A DNA stretch of 64,000 bases, taken from an uncultured Chloroflexia bacterium (GTDB lineage Bacteria; Chloroflexota; Chloroflexia; Thermomicrobiales; Thermomicrobiaceae). A program made the translations under genes and the position numbers. The notes beneath the pieces are model-generated. The model was given only the letters and a program-made list of their open reading frames with translations, did not search any database and was not told where the DNA came from. Location of the stretch: the NCBI GenBank assembly GCA_963815715.1, contig CAWFHU010000015.1, positions 111,933-175,932 on the forward strand, read 5' to 3'. Shown here piece after piece: positions 57,439 through 64,000 of the stretch (within the stretch, counting starts at the first letter, position 1; the number at the start of each line of letters is the position of its first letter).

Positions 57439-57650
57439 CGACGCCGCGACAGACGAGTTGACGCTGTCCCTCGCGAATCGAGGGCCGAAATCCAGTACCT
57501 TTTCGCGGCGTCGAAAGTCAACCATTTGGTTGCGGAAATAGCGGTATTTTGCTATGGTTTTCCGAATGATTCATTCGGTTCAGTCATTTACCCGAGCGCG
57601 CGTCTTATGAACCGAATTTCACCCAGCGAGAGACCGACGAAGGGAACCAC
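57439..57650 (+). promoter_or_regulatory. highly structured 5' leader of moaA (class unassigned)
   Basis: 11-bp long-range stem CGACGCCGCGA/TCGCGGCGTCG (57439-57449 / 57503-57513) encloses hairpin 57468-57484. Two mutually exclusive helices share 57572-57578 (see findings). Confidence 0.35.
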
Positions 57651-58700
57651 ATGATCGCAATGCCGGTCACCGCTCAACCGATCTTCGACGAACGATCTAT
57701 CCCCATTGCTGGCGAAAAGAAGACGCGGGATGCTTACGGTCGCCCGATGACCTATTTGCGCATCTCACTTACCGATCGCTGCAACCTGCGCTGCGTGTAT
57801 TGCATGCCCGCACTGGGTGCCAAGTTCGCGCCACGCGACGAATTGCTTACTGATGATGAGATCCTAGCGGTCGTCCGCGCTGCAGCCAAAATCGGATTCA
57901 GCAAGATGCGATTGACCGGCGGCGAGCCGACTATTCGTCCTCACATCGTCGACCTGGTTCGCGAGATCGCACACACGCCAGGCGTCGACGACGTTGCTAT
58001 GACGACGAACGGGCTGCTTCTCGGACGATTGGCACAGGGACTCAAAGATGCCGGACTCAACCGGGTCAACGTCAGTATCGATTCCCTCAAGCCAGATCGT
58101 TTTACGGCCATCACCCGGGGCGGCAAAATCGAGAAGGTATGGGCCGGCATTCAGGCGGCCGAAGAAGCCGGACTGTCGCCGGTCAAGCTCAACGCGGTCG
58201 TCGTACGTGGCCAGAACGACGACGAAGTGGCGGATCTCGCCGGACTCTCGCTGACCCACAACTGGCAAGTGCGGTTCATCGAGGTGATGCCGCTCGAAGG
58301 CGTCGGCGACGTTCACGACGCGGGGTTGGTGACGACGGCCGAGACGATCGATCTGATCGAAGAGGTGCACGGGGAGCTTGCTCCGCTGGAAGCGCCGCTC
58401 GGCGATCCGGCGCGTGTCTATCGCTTGCCCGGCTCAGTTGGAACGATCGGGTTCATCAGCCCGGTCAGTCAGCCGTTCTGCTCCTTCTGCAACCGGATTC
58501 GGCTCACGGCGGATGGCAAGCTTCGGCTTTGCTTGCTGCGCAACGATGAGGTCGACGTCCGCGATATCCTGCGAGGCGGCGGAGATGAAGACGCACTGAT
58601 CGAACAGATCAGGTTCGGTGTGTGGCGCAAGCCGTGGGGTCACGGTCTGGCTGAAGGCGACCGGGATACCGGTCGCGGCATGAGCCAAATCGGCGGCTAA
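57651..58700 (+). CDS. moaA: GTP 3',8-cyclase (radical SAM)
   Basis: 349 aa. CNLRCVYCMP cluster motif, second cluster CSFCNRIRLTADGKLRLCL, C-terminal ..MSQIGG. Confidence 0.9.
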   Translation: MIAMPVTAQPIFDERSIPIAGEKKTRDAYGRPMTYLRISLTDRCNLRCVYCMPALGAKFAPRDELLTDDEILAVVRAAAKIGFSKMRLTGGEPTIRPHIVDLVREIAHTPGVDDVAMTTNGLLLGRLAQGLKDAGLNRVNVSIDSLKPDRFTAITRGGKIEKVWAGIQAAEEAGLSPVKLNAVVVRGQNDDEVADLAGLSLTHNWQVRFIEVMPLEGVGDVHDAGLVTTAETIDLIEEVHGELAPLEAPLGDPARVYRLPGSVGTIGFISPVSQPFCSFCNRIRLTADGKLRLCLLRNDEVDVRDILRGGGDEDALIEQIRFGVWRKPWGHGLAEGDRDTGRGMSQIGG

Positions 58701-58716
58701 CAACTCGGATGGTTCG

Positions 58717-58744
58717 ACGGGCGGCTGAATGGCCGCCCGTTTCG
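58717..58744 (+). terminator. intrinsic terminator after moaA
   Basis: ACGGGCGGC-TGAATG-GCCGCCCGT hairpin followed by TTCG, 17 nt after the moaA stop. Confidence 0.55.
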
Positions 58745-58866
58745 CGTGCCAAGCATTCCAGAGATATCTAACCGAGGTCTCGCTTGAGACATGCGATACT
58801 GACGCCGAGACCATCTCGGTGGTCCTCCTAGCACCATGCGTTGAACTGGGAATCGGAGTGACTTTC

Positions 58867-60274
58867 GTGCTCGACAAGGTACTGGCAGACATCGACCAGC
58901 ATTTTGACGACCATCTGGATCGCACACGCGTACTCCTGCGTCAGCCGTCAATCAGCGCAGACGGAACCGGCATGCAGGAGACCGCCGACATGTTGGTGTC
59001 GTGGATCGAGGAGCTTGGCGGTACGGCGCGCAAGGTCGATACGCCGATGCATCCGGCGGTCGTCGGTCACCTCGATGCGGGGAAGCCGCACACGATGCTC
59101 TTCTACGGCATGTATGACGTACAGCCGGTGCTCGGTGAAACCTGGATGGTCGACCCGTTCGGCGGCGAGATCGTCGACTTACCCGAGCACGGCCCATGCA
59201 TCGTGAATCGCGGTGCGATGAATCAGAAGGGCCCGCTCGCCAGCCTCTTCAATGTGCTTCACTCGATGATGGACGCTACCGGGACCTTGCCGGTCAACGT
59301 CTCCTTTCTGATCGAAGGAGAGGAAGAGCTCGGCAGCCGCAATCTGCCGGAGGTCGTCGAGCAGTGCAAGACCGAGCTCAAGGCCGACGCGTGCTTCTTT
59401 CCGTTCCTGGCCCAGACACAGGGTGGCAAAGTCATTACGTATCTCGGCGTCAAGGGCATCCTCTTCATGGAGTTCGTCATTCGTGGCGGCGAATGGGGTG
59501 GAGCGACCGACCGCGCCGTTCACGGGAGCAATGCGGTCTGGTTCCACAGTGCCACATGGCGGCTGATTCACGCGCTCAGCAGCATGATCACCCCGGATCA
59601 GAAGCACATTCTCGTCGACGGGTTCTACGACGACATCATCCCGCCGTCGCAGGAGGACGAGGAGCTTCTGGCAAAGCTTGTCGAGACGTTCGATCCGCGG
59701 GACGACCTGATCAAGAACGACGTCAAGCGCTTCAAATACGACCTCACCGGCGTCGACCTGGTGCGCAAATATCTCTATCAGCCGACGCTCAACATCGACG
59801 GCATCATCTCCGGACACACCGCCGAAGGAACCAAAACGATCATTCCGCATGAGGCGCGAGCCAAGGTCGATGTGCGCATGGTTCCAAACATGAAGCCTGA
59901 ACGCGTCGTCCGTCTGCTGCGCGACCATCTCGATCGACACGGATTCTCAGACGTGGAGATCCACGTCGAGGATATGTACAAATGGAGCAAGACGAGTGTC
60001 AGCTCCGCTCCCGCCCGCGCCATCATGGGCACGTACCGGCAGTTGGGCTACGAACCCGAGATCTGGCCCCACCTTGGCAGGATCGGCGCCCTTCTATCTC
60101 TTTACCGACGTGCTTGAGATCCCCGTCGTCCTTGGTGGACTGGGCCATGGCGGCCGAGTCCACAGCCCCAATGAGTATGTGACCGTCGCTGGGCTCAAGG
60201 ATCACGAGAAGTCGATCGCGGTCTTCATGTACCGGCTTGCGGACGAGCTCGAAGCTGATCAGTCACATGGCTGA
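58867..60274 (+). pseudogene. M20 family metallopeptidase (second copy), frameshifted in the CCCC run 60067-60070
   Basis: ORF 58729..60117 (FYGMYDVQPV, NRGAMNQKGP, LIEGEEELGS) and ORF 59996..60274 (..TLAGSAPFYLFTDVLEIPVVLGGLGHGGRVHSPNEYV) join when one C is skipped. GTG 58867 (GGAGTG RBS) is the preferred start. Confidence 0.8.
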
Positions 60275-60301
60275 GATTGTTTTCGACTGAAGGAGTGTTG
60301 A

Positions 60302-61492
60302 GTGTCATCGACCCTGGTGCAAGAAAAGCTGGCTCAGGCGACGCAGGTTCTAAATGAGCTCGGCATCGACCTCTGGATGATCGTGGCCCGAGAGAGCGAC
60401 GTGCTCGGCGACCCAAGTCTTCCACTGGTTGTGGGGACGAGCGTCACCTGGGAGTCCTTCTTTCTGGTGGCGAAGTCAGGTAATCACGTGGCCGTGGTCG
60501 GGACCGGCGACGTCGAGAACGTCAAACAGACAGGTGCCTGGAACAACATCGTCAGCTACGTGCAGGGGCCTGGTGAACGACTCCGAGCCGAAATCGAGCG
60601 CCTTTGTCCGCGGAACATCGCGCTCAACTTCGCGCCAGACAACGTCATGGCCGATGGGCTCACGTACGGCATGTATCTGCGGCTTCAAGAAATGCTGAAG
60701 GGGAGTTCCTACCTCGAACGAGTCGTGTCCGGCGAGCCGATCGTCTCCAAGATGCGAAGTCGTAAATCGACGGAAGAACAACGACGGATCCGCGCGGCGG
60801 TGGCGACGACCAACGATATCTGGGAGCGCCTGGCCGAATGGATTCGACCAGGCGCCAGCGAGAAAGCGATCGCCGACTTCATGCACGCTCAGCTCGAGCG
60901 GCATGGCGTCGGGTCCGCGTGGGACTGGCACTACTGCCCAGGCGTGACGGCTGGACCGGACTCGCCGATCGGGCACGTGGGCCCGACAGACGTAACGATC
61001 GAACGTGGCCAGCTCCTGACGCTGGATTTCGGCGTCAAACAGGATGACTACACGTCGGACATGCAACGGACGTATTACCTGCTTGCCGACGGCGAGTCGG
61101 ACGCCCCAGCCCCCGTCAAGGATGCTTTTCGCGTCATCTCCGGAGTCATTCAGGACGCCGCCAAGATGCTCAAGCCGGGAGTCGCGGGCTGGGAAGTCGA
61201 TCAGGTGGCGCGTACAACCTTCGAGCGTGAAGGCATCGAAGAGTGGGGCTACGCACTCGGTCATCAGATCGGCCGCGCCGTACATGACGGTGGCTGCCTA
61301 CTCGGTCCGCGCTGGGAGCGCTATGGTCAGCGGCCCTTTGATCTCGTCGAGGCGGACCAGGTCTTCACGCTCGAGATCGCGATGAACGTCCCTGGCTACG
61401 GGCGAGTGAGTCTCGAAGAGGACGTCGTTGTGACGGCGAATGGCTGTGAGTTCCTCTCACCTCCGCAGACTGAGCCAATTCTGATTGGGTAG
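60302..61492 (+). CDS. M24 family metallopeptidase (Xaa-Pro aminopeptidase/creatinase-like)
   Basis: 396 aa. Pita-bread motifs LDFGVKQDDYTSDMQRT, GHQIGRAVHD, LEIAMNVPGYGRVSLEEDV. Confidence 0.8.
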   Translation: MSSTLVQEKLAQATQVLNELGIDLWMIVARESDVLGDPSLPLVVGTSVTWESFFLVAKSGNHVAVVGTGDVENVKQTGAWNNIVSYVQGPGERLRAEIERLCPRNIALNFAPDNVMADGLTYGMYLRLQEMLKGSSYLERVVSGEPIVSKMRSRKSTEEQRRIRAAVATTNDIWERLAEWIRPGASEKAIADFMHAQLERHGVGSAWDWHYCPGVTAGPDSPIGHVGPTDVTIERGQLLTLDFGVKQDDYTSDMQRTYYLLADGESDAPAPVKDAFRVISGVIQDAAKMLKPGVAGWEVDQVARTTFEREGIEEWGYALGHQIGRAVHDGGCLLGPRWERYGQRPFDLVEADQVFTLEIAMNVPGYGRVSLEEDVVVTANGCEFLSPPQTEPILIG

Positions 61493-61544
61493 GCTTGCGC
61501 ACGACCAATGAACGAGTCTCGTATGTTAGACAAGGACGAACGAA

Positions 61545-62354
61545 TTGGCGACCAAGTGGTTTGAGGTTCGCGAATGTGCACATGGCGTGATCGGCATCGG
61601 CGAACCACGTCACGATGAAGACGTCAAGTCCTATCTCGTTCCGGGGCGCGACCTCGCATTGCTCTTCGATACGGGCATGGGGATAGGCAATATCAAAGCG
61701 GTGGTCGACGAACGTGTTTCCACGCCCGTGCTGGTGGTCAACAGTCACGCTCATTGGGACCACGTGGGTGACGATTGGCGCTTCGAACGGATCTGGGTGC
61801 ACGAGATTGAGGCTGACGATTTACGCCGCGGCGTACCGAACGTCCGCACCCGCCGTTTTCTCGCGCCCGACCGCTTTGCAGGCGACCCACCAGACTGGAT
61901 CGACATCGAGACCTTTTCAATTCCCGGTGTCGAAGTTGAACGGACTCTGTCAGGCGGGGAGCGCATCGATCTTGGTGATCGCGAGTTCCTCGTGATCAAC
62001 ACGCCGGGTCATTCGCCCGGCGGCATCACGCTCATCGAAGAACAAACCGGCATCGCGCTCGTCGGCGACGCGGTCTACGCAGGAGCCCTCTACGCGCATC
62101 TCGATCACAGCGATCCGATCGTCTATCGCGACACACTGAAAACGCTGGCCGAGCTCGCTCCGAGCCTGTCGGCGATTTACCCGTGCCACAATGACTATCC
62201 CCTCGAACCGTCGTTCTTGGTGGAGGTCCACAACGGATACGAGTCGATTTGGAGCGGTCGCAAACCGGACGAAGTTACCGACGGAGTCGAGCGCTACATC
62301 TTCGACCGTTTCTCGGTCTTGTTGAACCAGGGCTGGCGAGAACGTCGAGTTTGA
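61545..62354 (+). CDS. MBL-fold metallo-hydrolase
   Basis: 269 aa. VVNSHAHWDHVGD, TPGHSPGG, VGDAVY, CHND. Confidence 0.8.
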   Translation: MATKWFEVRECAHGVIGIGEPRHDEDVKSYLVPGRDLALLFDTGMGIGNIKAVVDERVSTPVLVVNSHAHWDHVGDDWRFERIWVHEIEADDLRRGVPNVRTRRFLAPDRFAGDPPDWIDIETFSIPGVEVERTLSGGERIDLGDREFLVINTPGHSPGGITLIEEQTGIALVGDAVYAGALYAHLDHSDPIVYRDTLKTLAELAPSLSAIYPCHNDYPLEPSFLVEVHNGYESIWSGRKPDEVTDGVERYIFDRFSVLLNQGWRERRV

Positions 62355-62444
62355 TTGGCGCGATCGGTTGGTAACACGAGCGTTCGCATGCAGTGGATCT
62401 AACACTTTCGTGCGGCAACCAGTTCTCTTTTGTCAACGTGGTTG

Positions 62445-62702
62445 GGCGACCACAGTGATTGTGGTAGGTCTCGTTCTCGGAGGACAGCGTTGCTTTTACT
62501 TGTCATCCTGAACCGCAGTGAAGGATCTCTCTGTCGTTCACGCAGGCGCCAGTTGACGGATGAAGAGATCCTTCGACTCCGCTGCCACCCTGTCACTGAC
62601 TCGCTCCCTGCGAGGGAGCGAGGACCATCGCTCAGGATGACAAGGCAACGCCGGTCGTCCTCGAGGGTGGCGGACTCTCTGTGGTCGCCGAGACAGGATG
62701 AC
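62445..62702. repeat. nested inverted-repeat (REP/MITE-like) element
   Basis: Three concentric perfect arm pairs: GGCGACCACAG/CTGTGGTCGCC (62445 / 62679), GTCATCCTGA/TCAGGATGAC (62502 / 62632), GAAGGATCTCT/AGAGATCCTTC (62520 / 62564). Also a 10-bp-stem hairpin at 62600-62622 and an extra CAGGATGAC at 62694. Confidence 0.6.
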
Positions 62703-62782
62703 AACCATCAATGCGGGGACCACATTAATCTGGCTGAGGTCCTTAGTCGCTTTTCTCCACTTCGGCTCCGGACTCTCTTCGC

Positions 62783-64000
62783 ATGACCGCCGAAGGTTCA
62801 AATCGGCTGCGGCGTGGGCGCGGATTCACGTTGCCCACCTTTCCGCATGCCCGCACCGGGGCGATTCCACCGATCGCGCTCATCATCGCCTCAATATTAG
62901 TTGCCGTGGGTGGCGGGTTCGTTTTGGGCGACATTGTGCCCACGCGCGGACTCATCCCGACTCTTGCTCTGATAATTGGCGCGGCTGGAGCGATCGTCAT
63001 GATCGCCGACGTGCGCGCCTCGCTCTGGGCAACAATCGGTGTCATTGCGTTGCTCCCGTTCGCCACCGTTCCCTTTCATCTGGGACTGACCTTGACGCTG
63101 CTCGAAGCGGCGTCGCTGATCACCCTCGTCACCTGGTTTGCGACCATAATGTTGCGTCGCGACCAGCGACTTGCTTCAGGCACGCAGGCGCTCCTCATCT
63201 TCCTGTTCGTCGCCGAAACGGCTTTCGCGTTCTTGATCGGAGTTACGAACGGCTACACCATGGCGACGTTCCACGATTACGGCAAGTTCCTGCTGTCGCT
63301 GCTACTCGTTTTCGTCGTCTGGAACGTGGCGACAAACCTGGAGGACGCTCGCCGGTTGATGGCGGTGCTGATGGCCGGCAGGGGGCGCCGCGGCATTCGT
63401 TGGCCTGAGTCTCTATGCCGGTGGGGCCGGACTGACCAACCGCGTGTTGGCTCGGCTCATCCCCTATGGCTACCCGTCATCCAGTATCGTGCGCTACATC
63501 GAGGACAATCCAGCCAAAGCGATGCGGTTGACCTCGACCTCGGTCGACCCAAACTCTTTCGGCGGCTTGCTCGCCGTCATTGTCGTTCTCGCCTGCGCTA
63601 TGGCGATCTCGCACCATCGCTCGGTGTCGCGCTGGATCAGCATTCCAGCGTTTGGGCTCTGCAGCCTGGCCGCGCTTCTGACCTACTCGCGCGGCGCATG
63701 GGTCGGCATCGCCGCGGGCCTGGCGGTGCTGGCAGTGTTGCGTTATCGCTGGTTGATTTTTCCCGGCGTTGTGGCGGTGCTGCCGGTCGCGTTTCTCGGT
63801 CTTGGGTCGAACTTCGTACATCGCATGTGGCTCGGGCTCACCTTGCAAGATCCAGCCACCAAGCTGCGACTTCGGGAGTACCAGAATGCACTGGCGATCA
63901 TCAAACGTCATCCGATCTTTGGCGTAGGGTTTGGCAATGCGCCATCGATCAACGAACAGACGGGCGTCTCGAGCATCTATCTAACGTTGGGTGAACGCGT
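62783..64000 (+). pseudogene. O-antigen ligase (Wzy_C) family membrane protein, frameshifted at the G5 run 63381-63386; 3' end beyond window
   Basis: ORF 62783..63994 is hydrophobic up to ..RRLMAVLMAG, then turns Arg-rich. Skipping one base gives AAAFVGLSLYAGGAGLTNRVLARLIPYGY...LTYSRGAWVGIAAGLAVLAVL...IFGVGFGN, open to the window end. Confidence 0.7.

Overview
Chromosomal, housekeeping-rich 64-kb segment of a roughly 60% GC bacterium. The T-box-controlled thrS, single-chain glyQS, hspR-clpB unit and GGGAG/CTCCC hairpin repeats fit a Chloroflexota/Thermomicrobia-like or other high-GC lineage; that lineage guess is inference only. I can support about 60 protein genes: uvrC end, tsaC, rarA, rph, hisBC, two S11 carboxypeptidases, cmk, plsC, hspR-clpB, thrS, an EF-G paralog, coaX, queG, ispG, rseP, ald, a XerC/D recombinase, glyQS, parB, an ECF sigma/anti-sigma pair, a Hcy-methyltransferase/MTHFR fusion, rplS, rnhB, moaB, hisS, moaA and many peptidases. 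I also support one tRNA-Val(GAC), one T-box leader, several near-consensus promoters and terminators, and three structured repeat loci. I saw no CRISPR array, prophage, rRNA, toxin-antitoxin pair or recognisable defence island, and I did not find a convincing novel multi-gene system. The most striking signal is technical or evolutionary: at least 20 single-base frame disruptions in 15 genes, including essential thrS. They cluster at 13.5-36 kb and 51.8-52.5 kb, with isolated sites at 60.07 and 63.39 kb, while 1-13.4 kb and 36-51.7 kb are clean. Each disruption was found by hand: the homologous protein continues in another frame at that point. I interpret them as probable uncorrected indels (or, less likely, real pseudogenisation), and coordinates of disrupted genes are given as full spans. 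Other follow-up candidates are a 202-bp MITE-like insertion with 7-bp direct repeats, a 260-bp nested inverted-repeat element, a moaA leader with mutually exclusive helices, and a carboxypeptidase ORF that looks like two genes fused by a hidden frameshift. All start sites are chosen by eye from RBS and homology logic and may be off by a few codons.
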